The notes: generated from the letters alone by a model not told the origin. A DNA stretch of 64,000 nucleotides from Chiloscyllium plagiosum (GCF_004010195.1 NC_057750.1:11755144-11819143); one strand, 5' to 3'. Positions 1-15,100 are shown, counted from the stretch's first letter. Program-made: numbers and translations.

Positions 1-794
1 TAATAGTGCACATGGAGAAACATTGTCAGACAAAGTCAACAGTTTTAAGTAAGCAATTTTGTTTTAACAAATGTATTCGTTTTCTAAGGAATTAATTGGA
101 AGGCCAGATAGGAACAAAAACAGAAACACAACAGGTCTGGCAGCATCCGTGGAGAGAAATCAGAATTAATGTTTTGAACTTTTAACTCCTTCAGAACTGA
201 ATGTAGCTTCATGAAGGTTGGTATGTATGTTGAAGATTGGGTGGGGTGGTGAGGAGTGAAGAGAGGGAGAGAGAGTCACAGTTGGGCAAGCAAAGGAATA
301 CGTAAAGGTCAATCTGGGAGAATGAATAACTGCTAATAGGACCATTAGTAGCTGACAGTGGGTTGTGGTAGTGGCCCATGTGATAAGGCCTGGTGTGTGG
401 ATGTTGGGGTAAAGACTTGGGAGAAAGGGCCCAGCCCTAAAATTATTGAACACTATATTGAGTCCATAAGACACTGGGGTTCCCAAGCATAAAATAAGTT
501 GATCCTCCAGCTTGTGTTGAGATTCACTGGAGCACTGGCGACCTGAGACAGATATTGGCCACAGTGGTATGTTGAAATGGCAGGCAAGTGGAAGCTGCCA
601 GACAGGAGTCATTCGTTGGTGCTTGCTTGAATTTCGAACAGGCATTTGATAAGGTGCTGCATGTGGTTAATACTCAAAATGTTCTCACAAAGTTAGACAT
701 AATACGTGAACATGAATGGAAGATTTGTTAATAATCAGGAAGTGGAGAAGAGAGATGAATGTGGGCTAGTAAGGGTTTTCACCTCTGTAACAGA

Positions 795-1545
795 GGATAG
801 GAGCAGGAGTAGGCCACTCGATCCTTTGAGCCTACTCTGCAATTCAGTATGACCATGGCTGATCATAGAGTTCAATACTGTAAACTAACCCTGCCCTCTC
901 CCATAACCTTTGGTTCTTTTAGCCTAAAGAGCTATACCACCTTTCTGAAAATAATGTTTTGGACTCAACCACTTTATGGTAATTAATTTCACAGCCATAC
1001 CATTCTCTAGGTGTAGAAATTTTGCCTCATCTCACTCTGAAAATGTTTACTCCTTTAAACTATGACCCCTGGTTGTAGACTTCCCCTACCATCAGAATAT
1101 CCTTCCTGCATCCAACCTGTTTGGTCCTGTTAGAATTTTATAGATTTCAATGAAATATTGCGGTTATTCTTCTCAACCTAAGTGAATACAATACTAACTG
1201 ATTTAATCTCCTCATGCATCAGTCCTTTCGTCCCACGAATCAATTTGGTAAACCATTGCTGCACTCCATCTGGCAAGAACATCCTTCCTCATATAAGAAT
1301 ATCAAAAATTCACACAATAATCCAGATATGGTCTCACCAATGCCCTGTATAATTGCAGCAAGATATCTTGTTCCTGAATCCTCTTGCAGTGAAGGCCAGC
1401 ACAGTTTGCCGCCTTCACTGCTTGCTGCACTTGCACGCTTTCAGTGACTGGTGTATGCGAACACCCAGATTTTGTTGAACATGCCCCTCTCCATTTACAG
1501 CCATTCAAATAATAATCTGCCTCCCTATTTTTACTACCAAGTGGA
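795..1545 (-). mobile_element. degenerate CR1-clade LINE 3' fragment
   Basis: Minus-strand ILLQLYRALVRPYLDYCV (CR1 ORF2 C-terminal motif) and a 3' tail related to other copies. Confidence 0.75.
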
Positions 1546-2139
1546 TTAAAAGTCTAGATAATGATGTTCAAAGATACTTCTCCAAGGAACAGTTATTGTT
1601 CAGGTGCATCAAGCAATTAAGGAAAAAAAACACTGCTGACTTTGCAAGAAAGTTGATGAACAAGTGTAAAGAAATGTTGCTACAGTTATATGGAGTTTTA
1701 GTGAGATCACATGGCGGTTACTTTGTGCAGTTTTGACTTCTATACTTGAGGATTGAGAGACTCTTTAAATGGGCCAATTGATACATTCAGAAAAATATAA
1801 ACTCATTAAAACAGATTCTGCAATAGCTTGACAGGTTATACAGTTTGTGGTATGTAAAAATCCAGGGGCATAATCTTGGGATAAGAGCACTTTGGATTAA
1901 TTTGAGAAATTTCTTCATATTAGGAATTCTGTATTGCAGAGGCTGGGGGTACTCCACTGGTAAGTAGATCAAAAGTTGAGATAGATGAGCAGAAGTCAGC
2001 GACTCAACTTTGAACTTGCTCTGTTGTCATATAAGATAGTGACTGATCTGATCACTGCACAATTCGACCCTGTTACCAAACTGCTTTGAGCATGTTTACA
2101 TCCTTCATTAAATAAGGAGACCAATACGGTACGCAATTA

Positions 2140-2415
2140 TCTTTTCCTAGGGTGGGGGAGTCTGGAACTAGGGGGCATAGGTTTAAGGTGAGAGGGGAAA
2201 GATTTAAAAAGAACCTGTGTATGGAATGAGCTGCCAGAGGAAGTGGTGGAGCTGGTACAGTTACAACATTTTAAAGGCATTTGGATGGGTAAATGAATAG
2301 GAAGGGTTTTGGAATGATATGGGCCGAACGCTGGAAAATGGGACGGGGTCAGATTGAGTTATTTGTTTAATGTGGATGAGTTGGACCGAAGGGTCTGTTT
2401 CTGTGCTGTATGACT
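2140..2415 (+). mobile_element. CR1-clade LINE 3' end
   Basis: Near-copy of 24300-24610. Confidence 0.8.
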
Positions 2416-3079
2416 GTGGTGCTTCACAATATCAGAATAAGGAACATCCAGTTGAAGTGGATCATATTGAATAATGCAGCAAGCACTGATGTCAGTGTAC
2501 TCCTCTTTCTTTCCGTTCTTGCTTGTTCCTGATCTGCTCTTGTAATTTGGCTTTTCCTCATAAAAGTTTCTGTGCAATGCCAGAGGGCTATCTTGTCTAT
2601 TGGTGGTTATCAACCACAGACTACACTCTGCTTCACAGTGACATTTACTAAGGCAAGTGCTTGCCCAAAAATAACATTGTGAAGTTCAAATGCTCTCATA
2701 GCACTTTTGTCTTGCATTATCCTCCCCCACTTGTCTGCCACAAAAGCATTTGACAATGATGACCAATTGTTAGTCTCGGGACACTTGAATTAGTGCAGGA
2801 ATTTCATCATTTGCTTGCTAATCTAGTTGATGACGATTTTGCATTCTTTGAGCAGTTTCTGTGTATATGCAACAAGGCCTGGACAGTATTTAGCTGTCCA
2901 AAAAGTGTGAATGTAATTATCTCCCCATGACATTTCATTACATTACCAATGCTAGATTCTCATCAACAAAATGCTTAACGGTGCATTTATTGTCTAAACC
3001 ATTGAGGGGAGCTGTTGAGCTTCTATCTTTGTGCTGAAAATGTTAATTGTCACCTTTTTGTGGAATATATCTATGCTTA

Positions 3080-3099
3080 TTTTCCTTAATTCAGCATAC
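3080..3099 (+). other. 3' end of U12-type AT-AC intron 4 of copy A (5' end is upstream of the window)
   Basis: TTTTCCTTAAT branch motif, with terminal AC at 3098-3099, 10 nt after the last branch-motif A; same spacing as copy B. Confidence 0.85.
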
Positions 3100-3196
3100 A
3101 TTTGACTCTGTTCAAAGTGCACAGAAGGCCAAAGCATCTCTTAATGGTGCCGATATCTATTCTGGATGTTGTACTCTGAAAATAGAATATGCCAAG
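3100..3196 (+). CDS. copy A exon 5 (RRM2), 97 nt
   Basis: Preceded by U12 branch site TTTCCTTAAT and AC acceptor; (E)FDSVQSAQKAKASLNGADIYSGCCTLKIEYAK; donor GTAAGC. Confidence 0.9.
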
Positions 3197-6100
3197 GTAA
3201 GCATATGTGGTAAAATGCAGATTGTGCTTGTGAAAGTGATTGCGTTAGATAACCTGCATTATATCCTTTGTGTGGTGTTTTTTCTCATTTCTTTGGATGA
3301 GTGGAACTTGTAGGCATCTGTGCTGTTACTAAACTCTTGTCGCCTCCCCACAAAATCCTAATTTGGTAGTTTACCCTACTTTTCTGAAGCTGGTGATTCC
3401 TTGGTTGAGGTTCTGAGAACAGCTCTCCAGATGTCTTGCCCCGGGATGGAAAATGTTGATGTTTGAATGTAGAGTGTGTTACAGCTACTTGAGTTTTATC
3501 CTGTCCACTGGTACCTTGCATGTGCTTTCCAACAGTTGAATGTATAATGTCAACTGCAAACATTTTCCCTGTTTCCAAAACCTTTTCATGTTCTGAAGCT
3601 AATTAGTACACTAATTAACCAGTTAGTGCCAGTTGCTGTTCTGAAAGACAAGTAATTCAGCAAATACCAGAAATTGATTCTTGGTATAGTACCAAGTGTG
3701 AGACTTGGTATTATATTGTGTTCTTACCAAGCTCAGTAATCTAGTTAGCAGATTAGGTCACCTTTCATTCTTGGGCTAACTCTTTCAATGGTGAAGTAAT
3801 TTGATAATATGATGTAGGGCCATTCAGTTCCAGTTGTGGATGGTAAGTGACAATGGTCTTTGTTAAATAGTTAAGCAAAAGTGATGAAGGGCTTTTGCCC
3901 GAAATATCGATTTTCCTGCTCCTCGGATGCTGCCTGACCTGTGCTTTTTCAGCACCACTCTGATCTAAACCCTGTTAAATAGTTGCGTAGTCAACTGAAT
4001 GGCTTAATTTTTAGGCACTTAATGACTAGCCCATTCACTAATAATTATTGTGTCCCTGATGCAATGTTTCACTAAATATTGTGCAGTCATCGCATCTCCA
4101 GGACATTACTATGAGTGTTCTTCAGGATAGTTTTCTAGGCGAGCCATCTTCAGTTGCTTTATTAATGACCTTCCCTTTAGCTTAAGGTCAAAAACTATTT
4201 GGTTTGATAGTTGTGCATTGTTTGAGCAGTTTCAGCTTATATGCAACAAGACCTAGATAGCATTCAGGCCCTTCAGAAAGTGTGCACTTCATTATCTCCA
4301 CAGTTATTGAATTATCTGTGCTGGGTCCGTGCAATCAACATCCTTAGGTTTGCTATTGACCAAACCTTAACTGGACCAATTATATACATATTATTGCTAC
4401 AAATCCTTTAATAGTATCCCATCTGTCAGCTTACATATTTATTCATAGTACTACTGTGCACAGTGACAACTTTCCAGTACTCCTGACCTTCTAAATCCTT
4501 GATTTCTTTGACCTCCCTATGAAAGACAAGGGCACCAGATGCATTGGAACACGACAATGTGCAAGACCCTATCCAAGTCTTTCACCTTTTGACATCGAAT
4601 TGTATCCTTTATTCCTCACTGTCATTGGGTCAAAGTCCTAGAACTCTCTCCTTACCGCACTATAGATGTCCCTTCACCACTTGGACTGCAGTATTCAAGA
4701 AGGTGACTCAGGACTGTCTTCTTGAAGCTACTTTGGGATGGGCAATAAACGCTGCCTTTATTCCCATTGAATTTACTAAAAACTGGGAAAAGGCTGTAAA
4801 TGATTTGCTGCACATTAAATTTGATAGCTCAAGTTTGCTAGGAATTGCTTTCTTAGGAAGTCATGAAATGTTCTGCCTTTAGGAATTTGTTTTGAATGCT
4901 GGTCACTTTGTTTCCATTTCAAAGTTTAACTTAACCTACTTTGAGCCAGTGAGCACTTATCTGAGATTTTTTAGCCATCGTCTTGTGATACCTTCTATGA
5001 ACTAGATTCATTTATCCATACAACTCCTTATTTCCTGTTGCAGCCAACTCGTTTGAACGTCTTTAAGAATGATGCTGATACCTGGGATTATGTAAACCCT
5101 AATCCTGGTAGACCAGGTAAGAATTTAATTAGAATTTCAATACAGTCCTCTTTTGCATAGCTTGTCTTTTCTTTCTGCTTCTATTCAGTTTTACTTCCTG
5201 TCAGCAAATATATAGTAGAACCTCTGACCTTCAACCACACATTATTGGCATGGTGTAATAAAATTATCTTGTACGTCATCTTTGTGTATGTGGAATATGG
5301 GACTGTAAACATCGGAAGTGAGACTGTAGACCCGAGAATTTTGAAAAGATTTATTGTTTGCTTTTAAACTTTTTCGTCTTTTTGAGGCAACCGACCATTT
5401 TACTGAAGTTGAGGTGATTTTGTGGTCCTTCAACTGTTGCTAATTATCAGATTAATAGAGCTGATTTTAAAACACTCTCACTTGTGTTCAAATCCTTTCA
5501 TCACCTTATCCACTCCTTCGTAACCTGCCGCAGGTTTCTATGAACTCTGTATTTCACTAAGTTTGGCCTCTTGTATATCTTCCATTTCCTTCATTCACCT
5601 TTAAGCCCCAGTCTTCATAGGCAGCAAGCAGTGAGATGCCCTCCCTAAACCTGTTTTATATAGGAATTCAGTATCTCTCCTCTTGTGTGGCTGCCCCTAA
5701 ACTGAGTTTTTCTTTGTCACTTCCTCTTAATGTGTTTTCCTTTGTGCTGTGAAGTTCTATTTTATTATTTTTGAATTGCCTTGGAACTGTTATTCTGCGC
5801 TGAAAGCACTCTAGAAATGCAGTGGTTCAATCGTGGTTACATTTGACTGAGAAATTAATGCAGTGAAGATTTGTATCGGTGGCCAAAACACTTCCAGAGA
5901 CTGGCAAATTCTTGCGGTTGAGGAATTGACGTCTGATGAATGGATTTTTTTATGCATGATGTTTAGGGGTTATTTTATCTATATAAGGTAACTGAAGTGC
6001 TTTTTTGTTGGAAAAAAAGCTCATCTCTGGGAGGGAAAAGACATTTTATTCATTTATTCACTTTCTCTTTTACAGCTTATTTTGTTAATTAGTGCCCACA

Positions 6101-9100
6101 TTTTGTTAATGTTTTACAAAGCCAGTACTAAAAATGAACTGGATTAGCTTATCTAAATTCTTGAAGCTCATTGGTATTTGCCCAGACTTGAGGGAAGTCA
6201 TCAATTGAGCATGTCAGGAGCTACGGGTCAGATTTAGGATGTTTTAAAATACATATATTGTAGAAAATTAAGATAATGTCATTACAGAATTATGTGGATT
6301 AGTTAAGTAAACCTGTAATATGGCTTAGCTAACTACAATAACAGCAAATGCAGGTGATAGTGGTTTGGCAGTACCTGTGCACAGAGAAACCGCTAATGTT
6401 TCAAATTGGTGACCTATCGTTAACATTTGGATTGTCACAGTTTGCCAGAGCTTATTGGGATGTGATAGTTTTCCTGAAATTTGGTGATTTTTTTTTTTCT
6501 TTTCGCCCCTCCATTGAACTAATGTTCCTAGCACTTGGGAAAATATTTAACATTGTTCTGGATAGCTGAATATCGATAGGTATGACTATCTTTTGTCATC
6601 CTTTCTATATGTGTCTGTCAGCATTCAGGAATCAGACTGCTTTTTTTTTCCAACTGTGATAGTACTTGGGGTTTCCAGCTCTGGTGTACATGTTTGAGTG
6701 AATAGTTTTGTGTACAAATGCCTCCTGATATACGGGAGTGAAATTTACACTTTTTTAAAAAAAAGACTACATCCCATCGACTATCCAACCACAGAACTAC
6801 TTGGTCCCTATCTGCTCTTTTCCCCTTGAATGTCTTGAAAACTGGCATTTAACCATTTAAATTTCAACGAATGCAATTCTAGTTTGTGCATCCTCTGCTC
6901 ATTATTCTTTTTGAGACGTCAGAAGCGTGATTGGTTGTTTTACTTAATTCTGTTCCATGACTAAAAGAAATTTGGATTTATACTATTTAGTTGCAGTATT
7001 AGAATATGTAGCAAGTAATGCTATACTATTGTTCCACATGCACACCATTTAGTTAATTTGTGCCCCATCTGACAGTTATCTAATTTATCTGATAAAGCCT
7101 GTTCAACATGGATCTGAAGTCATTAATAGTGGTTGGAGGTCAAAGGTTATGTTTTGAACCTGCACTCAGCTAAGCTTCCAGCACCCTGTATTAGGAATAG
7201 TAGTAGTGATTTATTTTATGTTGGCAATGAGGTTACCCATTCCTGCCACATTTGGAGTACTTAGTTTAGGATTGGTGTGAGCAAGGTGACAATATAGCAG
7301 TCATTCAAACAGTCTGGCATCTCCACAACTGCAGTTCAAGTCTCTCTTAAACATTTTGATCCAGCACAAACCTATTTAGATTTTCTTAGATTCGCAGCAA
7401 TATCCAACCACATATATAAATACATAACCAGTACTGCAATTGAATTTAATGAAGTTACACTGTCATAGAATTTTAAAAACTTGTATAGCATTTAAAGTGG
7501 TCCACTTAGCAATAAATCACGTCACATATTATCACCTACACTCAAAACCCCTTAACTTTCATATCCTACTGATAGGCTTGTTTCTTGACACTAAATTCAT
7601 AGCTTCATGTTCCCCTAGTCACTACTGCAAACAATAAAACTTGTAACACTTCACATTAATGTGCAGCTAACAATGTTCAATAGGTGCAATTCAGGTTCGA
7701 CTAGACAGAATATTAGTGGATTTTTTTCAGAGTTTAAAGTGAATTGTATAGACATTTCATATTTGCCGTCCTGTTCAGCTGATACACAGGTGGCAATAAT
7801 GCCCTCAGTGCTACTGTTTGATTGAGGTGGGAGGAAATGATGGTAAGATGGATCCAGGCCATCTACTCCGTATGATTTAAGTTGTACAATGATTTGCCTA
7901 TTTCCTGTAGTTCTAGCACTTATTTATTAATGCATCTCACTGGGTTCATCCATGTGCTTCTAGTTAAACAAACCAAAACGTGTGAAGTTGTGTACTCATG
8001 AAAATGTAAATATTTTCATGTATTGGAATGCTTTACAAAGTCTCTTTTAATACATTTGTCCTTTGTTCCCAAGAAATGGTTGATTTTAACTGTTACAGTT
8101 AGAAATATAGTTCAGAACATTGCTTTGGCAATTCACCTTGCCATTTGTTTAAAAATGTGTTCTGTCACTCGATTAACAAATTGGAAACAACATATTGTAT
8201 TGATTTCAAGTTTTGTAAATTTGGTGAGTTGTTCTTACTGTGCATCTCTGCCTTGAAATCACACTTTACATATTCTCCATTGGAAAGCAATTGGTTAAGT
8301 AATTGCAAACCTAAAATAATAGTCAGGAACTCAAGAATGATATTTCATCAGCAATTATAATTTCCACAGCACTGATCAGGCTTGCTGCTGTCAAGCAGCA
8401 TTGACAAATGAGCCAACCTGAAATTGATAAATAAGCCTCTGAGTTATCTGCAATTGTTATTCCAAAATAAGACAACCCTACTGTATCTAACTCCTCTCCA
8501 TGTGATTGTTGTATGAAGAGATATTTCAAAACTAGCAATCTTGTTACCATCTTCTTATCAATTCACTTGTACTGTGAGGTGGAGTTCAGTTGTGGATCAA
8601 TGAATAATATCACCTCAGTTTTGCCTAAGCCTCTTCACCAAACCTGAGCAGCAGTTTCCTCGAGGATTCCAAGTTCTTGTTCAAGATTTGTAAGCACATT
8701 AACCTATCACCTCATCGCTATTCAGTGTAAATACTCTGCACATTGCTTCAAATTTCTGTTACTATGTTCATACTTAACCTACAGCTGCCATTTTAATAAC
8801 TTTGCACTAAAAATGACCTATCAGTGAATGTATATAGAGTAATGTTTTCATGTCTATCCTTTACAGCCACAATTTTTGACTGAGGAAAATGAATGAGAAA
8901 ATTCAGCTTTATTTCTTCTCTTGCCTCTTGCTTTCATTCCATGTTTCCACAATAATACTGATTTGTTTAATTTTTAAAAATCTGCTGTTGATTCTTTCAG
9001 TGAATAAGATCATCTCAATGGCATTGGAATGTTGAACATTTCTCTGTGGAGAGGAATGGGCTCCAAACTCTAGGGCTGGTTCACCTTGTTTACACTACTT

Positions 9101-12100
9101 TTTAATTTCTAACAACTGGATATTGTAGAAATTGGGGGGACTGATAGATAATAATTGGGGCTTAAGCAATGTTTGATGTTCTTGGCTTTAATTGGTTGTT
9201 ATAAACTAAGCCGGTCGATATTTGTGACATAGGAATATTGACCCTCTAATATTGCATGTCCTATATTCTTTACTGAAAACTCCTTCAATTGTTTATATTG
9301 ATTGCTGTGTTGAAACTTTGATTTATTTTTAAATAAGCCAAACAGTTTAATGTGCTAACCAGAAATCGAAGGTTGCTGGAAGCTTATCCTTTGCGTACAG
9401 CGAGCCTTCAGCTTTTTCTCAACAGTCTCTATTCACTGCCTACAACACAAGATGCTCACTTCTATACACACTTATAACGATGAACGTTACCATCGCTGGA
9501 TGTGGACTGCATGCACAGATTGTCATGTAGCTAGTACTGTGCAAAAGGAAGGGGTGAGAGTGGCAATCCATGTGATCCTCACTGTATTCACAAGAAAACA
9601 CAATGAATGAGGAAGCTCGTCAAGCTGTTGAGACCATGAAATACCTGAATAATTTCACCTCAAATATGTCCTGCTTTTCATTATAATCTTGTTCACCAAC
9701 CTCTAACAAGGTGAAGACACTGAAATCATTCATCTACCAAGCCTTTTCTACTCATTAACTTCAAAACAAAATGTCACATTCTTGCTCTACCTGATGTGCA
9801 CTGAAAGTCAGCATTCTATCTTCCACTAAATGCTCCAACCATACAGAATCTCTGAAGGATACCAGTCCTTTCACTGGGCAGACCATTCTACAGCCAGAGC
9901 CAGTCACCTCTGCAGGAGAAGTCATTGATATCAACTGTGAGCCGATGCAGTCAGTGCTAAGAGTACATGAGAGCTTGAGGGCAATTAAACATTTAAAAAA
10001 AAACTGAAGAACCAGCATGTATATAAGACCATGACTTTTTTCCTCTCTGGATTTAATTTTTTTGTAATCCTTCTGTATGACACATGGGGCAGCATGTTGT
10101 TCTATTTATGCAACGTCATGAAAACTAAAGTTTGAAAGTCCAAATAAGTGCCCTTTTGAAAGCAAGGTGCATTAAACAAAAAATCTTCCATTATTACAAC
10201 AGCTGCTTAGTATTTTGCTGGGTATTATTCTTGATGTATACGCACCAGTATGTGTTATTTGAAAAGTGTGTAAAATAATGCTGCAAAACCATCTTAAAAA
10301 CCTTTAAACAGGATGCATCTGTATAGGAAGCAAGCAGCTTTCATTTTTCAACCTTTCACTCTCTGTCAGACTAACGTTTAGAAAGGAGACAGAGCAGGGC
10401 AAGACCATAGTCTGATATACAGAAAAAAAAATTGATATGCAAAATACTTAAGTCGGTGAATAGGTTAATACCAGATGTCAGATAATGATGGGACAATGGG
10501 AGGCATTGTGAAAGAAATAGGCATGGAGAGATGGGCATGTGCAGAGAAGCATAAAGTGGTAAAGCACCATTTTGGTGGGGAAGTGGGGGTGTGAGCAGGT
10601 TAGGGAAAACCAGATAACACCACTGATGCCAACATGTGACTTGTTCCCAGATCAGGCATTGACCTGCTTAAGGTTTTTCATATCCTTGTCAGTACTGACA
10701 CAATACATCTATTGCTGGAAGAGACTGGGAACAGTGTTTATCTAAATTGGCTTGTTAGGATTTGTCATAAATATATGATGAAGATAGGCCTGGGATTCAT
10801 CTTGATACTTTGTTGACACTTTCATTCTAAGGAAGAGTTCCGGGGCAGGGCAGTAGGGTGGTCCTTGATGCCAGTGGGACAGAGTTGCTGTCATAGTCAT
10901 ATTTGACTTAACTGAGCAAACTTGGTGATCCCCTGTAAGCCAGCCTCAGGACATTGGGAGGCTGGGGAGTAGCAGAGTGAAAGACAAATTTGATTTTAGT
11001 CACAATTGGTGAGAGATTTTGTTTTGCAGGAAGAAATAAGGAATATAATTTTCATTTTGAGTAGCTTCATCTTTATAAAGAATAATGGTGACTTTTTTTA
11101 CATGGCTGATGTAAGGCTGCCTCAAAATTAACCTTTCCAAATCTATACTGTTTAGAAACGCAGTGCATTTTATAAAGACTTTCATCTTCCTATTTAATCA
11201 CAATTTCAGCAAACCAAATGTACTGCAGCTTAAGAGAACTTTCATCTGTTTGCATATTATGCATCTCAAGATAACGTTGCATAAGAGAAACAAGGTGACA
11301 AGGTCCCATAGAAATAAATACATTTCTGTTTCATGGTGTTGCTCGTGGGTTTTACATTGCAGTTCTGTCTGTCTATACATACCTCGAACGGTGGCTGTGA
11401 TCTTGAGTCCTAAATGCTTTGCGAGATATTCACTAAACCAGAAGCTTCCTTGGCTTATATAAATTCAAACATCTTGATTCATATATACCACAGTCAGATA
11501 TATGCAGTGGTGAACCTTTTCCCCTCAATCCTAGATTTTTCACTTTCTGCACATATTTAGATGTTATTATACAAATAAACAAGACCTTGATCTCCCTGTG
11601 ATTAATTCTCAGGGCATTTAGGGATCATGTAGTTTTCAAGTTCATTGCCAGACCAAACTGAGGAGAAGAATCTTGCATGAAATCACATCAGGAATCTGTA
11701 CATGTAATGTATCAACTAATCAGAATTCCTTTTCACTAAATTCCCAAATGTTACTGTGCAAAAGAAGTATATTTGGCCTAATTCTGAAATTGTCAGCAAG
11801 TGACCAACTCTTAACCAACCATTTGTAATTACAAATTTTACCCTGAAATGTTTGATTTGAGTTGTTAAAAATACTTTGAGTTATTTTAAAAAGTTGCTTA
11901 CAGAACTTGAGTATTGTTGACAAGACATGTTGTGAAAAGCTTTCTAGTTTGAATGAATCAGGACAATTTGCGAGAAATTCCAAAGTAAAAGGAAAATCAT
12001 TTATACTGTATGTGAGAGTGGTTCAGATCGGTTTCCCTTTAATTTGGTGTTTCTCGTGAATTGATTTGAGTACAAGATGAGAAGCTTCAATTTAAAGTAT

Positions 12101-15100
12101 TAATTTATAGCAATGCTAAATGCTTTATACTACAAAGACCAATGTAAGCAATGGTCATGAAATGGGTGAGCTGAATTCCATGGTTCAGTCACAGTTCAGG
12201 ACAAGTGGGCCTCGATTATAGAACTCTTTTGACAGTTATGTATATGTTGTATTGCTGAGCACCGTCATGTCGCGGAGAACATGTGCTTACTAAGTAAACT
12301 TGATGCCATCATGAGTATACTGAGAGGTTGAGGAATAAAACAGTAAAGACCAATCTGTAGAAATACTAAACCAATTTTAAGAACATTCCCTCATGGGACT
12401 GTTAGTCTGTTAATATGATTAATTTGTTCCTTCGACATTTTCCCTACTATTTAAATAAGGTATTTGGAATGTGGGGGAAATGTCTCTTCTGTAATAACAT
12501 GAGTCAAGATTAGAGTAGTGCTGGAAAAACACAGCAAGTCAGGCAACATCTGAGGAGCAGGAGAATCGACGTTTCTCTCATTCATCAGGAATGAGGCTGG
12601 GAGCCTCTGGGATGGAGAGATAAATGGGAGGGGTGGTGGGACTGGGGAGAAAGTAGCTGAGAGTGTAATAGGTGGATGAAGGTGGGGATAAAGGTCTTAG
12701 GTCGGAGAGGAGGGTGGAGGGAAGGAAGAATGACAAGGGAGGGAAGGGTGGGCTGTTAGGGGCGTGGACCTGATCAGGTAGTCGTGGAGGGCGGTTAGGG
12801 GTGGGGAGAGAAATACATCTCTGGTGTTGGGGTCTGTTTGTAGGTGGCGGGTATGTCGGCTGATAATGCGATGTATACGGAGGTTGGTGGGGTGGAAGGT
12901 GAGGACCAGGTGGGAGGGATGGGGTTCGAGGGTGGTGGTGCAGGATGTGGATGAGATGCGTTAGAGGGCATCTTCAACTGTATGGGAGGGGAGGCCCTTA
13001 AAGAAGGAGACCATCTGGTGTGTTCTCGAATGGAACTGGTCCTCCTGGGAGCAGATGAGGTGGAGGAATTGGGAATAGGGGATAGCATTTTTGCAGGAGG
13101 CAGGGTGGGAGGAGGTGTAATCCAGGTAGGTGTGGGAGTCGGGTTTGTAGAAAATGTTAGTGTTGAGTTGGTCACCATTGGAGGTGGAGAGGTCCACGAA
13201 GGGGGAGAGGTGTTAGAGATGGTCCAGGTGAATTAAAGGTTGGGGCGGATGAGTTGGTGAAGTTGATGAACTGTTCAACCTCCTCATGGGAACACGAGAT
13301 GGTGCCGATGCAGTCATCAGGATAGCGGAGGAAAAGGTGGAGAGTGGTGCCGGTGTAATTCTGGAAGATAGACTGTTCTACAAAGCCGACAAAGAGACAG
13401 GCATAGCTGGTGCCCATGGCTACCCCATTTGTCTGGAGGAAATGGGAGGATTCAAAGGAGAAATTTTTGAGGGCGAGGACCAGCTCAGTTAAATGAATGA
13501 GTGTCAGTGGATGGGTACTGGGGGTGACATCGAGAAGAAGAAACTGAGGGTTGGAGGTCCTGGTCATGGTGGATGGAGGTGTAGAGGGACTGGACGTCCA
13601 TGGTGAAGATGAGGCATTGGGGGCCGGGGAAACGGAAGCCTTGGGTGGTGTCCTGAATATATGTGGGGAGATCCTGGACCAGGAGGGACAGGACACTATC
13701 GAGGTAGGTGGAGATGAATCCGATGGGGCAGGAGTAAGCTGAGGTGATGGATTGGCCAGGGTAGTAAGGCTTGTGGATATTGTGTCAGAGGGAGAATCAG
13801 GCAGTACGGGGTTCCCAAACTGAGGTTGGAAGCTGTGGGTGGGAGTTCCCCTGAGGTGATGAGGTTGTGTATGGTTTGGTGATGGGAGGGGGTGAGGTCA
13901 TGGTCAACGGTGCAGTAGAAGGAGATGTCTTTGAGTTGGTACCTCGCTTCAGCAGTGTAGTGGTCAGTGCCCCAAACTACCACTGCACTCCCCTTGTCTA
14001 CTGGTTTGATGGTGAGGTTGGGGTTGGAGCAGGGGGAGTGGAGGGCTGTGCGTTGAGGGTGAGAGGTTGGAATGGGGGAGGAGGTAAAAACATGAGCCAA
14101 ATCCCTTTTTGCTTGTGATATAAAAAGACTAGGAGGGAAGTGCTTGGATATAATGTTTATCTTTCTGCTTTTCTGTTTTTCATTTCTGTATCAGCCTGTG
14201 GTATAATCACTGTATCTTGCCAAGTTGCTATTTACTTGCAAGATTCAAGGCCACCATGAATGCCAGCAGGCTACTCATTTTGGATATTGTAGCTGAGCCT
14301 CATTTTGTCCTTGCCTAGCTTATCTTCATTTCAACAAAAGGTTATAGGGAAGAAAACTGTGAGCAAAAGTCCTGACTGATTTTCTTCCTGCTCCCAAAAG
14401 ATATTGAAGTTCACATTTCAGACCATTTGGTGCTTTCCCAGCTAAGTTAATGGTGTACAGACAGGACATTAACCCTTTAGAATCAGCTCACCCATTTCAA
14501 AGTTTCCTAAAGCACTGACTTTGCAGTTTTGGTTTGGCTGAACTTGAATTTGGGTTTATTTCAGATATGGTCACTGACCAAGCTTAAACATTTGTAAAGT
14601 GAAAACTGTTGGACCCATTTATGATGTACGATACAAAATTTAGTCAACTAGCAACACAGATGCATGAATGTGGATCAAGTTTCCAATTCTGTTACACTTT
14701 CTGCCTGGGACCAGTATCTTCTACCTACTGTGTAGGAATACTTGCATTTGCATAAGCTATCTTCACTAGTTAGTTTAAGAGGAAATATGTAGACCCTTCT
14801 CACTTCGTGTACAGTGGACATCAGTACGAAAAATGAATACACATGTTTTCAAATGAACCTACAACAATTGGGAATCCTTGAGGGCTCAAACATAGAAGAA
14901 CAGCTTTTCTTAAGTCACTTCTCACAGACTCTGACCTGCAGTCTTTCAGTGTTAAAAATTCATTCCTTCTGTAACTTCATCTGTGTGCTGTAAGCTTTTA
15001 AAGTGCAAATAAAGAAATATGATGTGTAGAGAATTCTTTCTAATTGTAATCTTGTACCTCTATGGTGTTCATTTACTGTAAAATGTATGATGCAGGATTG

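Noticed and set aside
1097..1104. ATATCCTT as the U12 donor of copy A intron 4
   Set aside because: It lies inside a LINE fragment and the upstream bases do not encode QAMVE; the true exon 4 must be upstream of the window.
3091..3099. CAG at 3092-3094 as a conventional acceptor for exon 5
   Set aside because: Too close to the branch motif and gives the wrong phase for a phase-2 intron; the AC matches copy B exactly.
3261..3269. Perfect ATATCCTTT about 65 nt after exon 5 of copy A (also GTATCCTTT at 4602-4610)
   Set aside because: Single copies with no counterpart in copy B and no tandem USSE-like arrangement; plausible by chance in AT-rich DNA.
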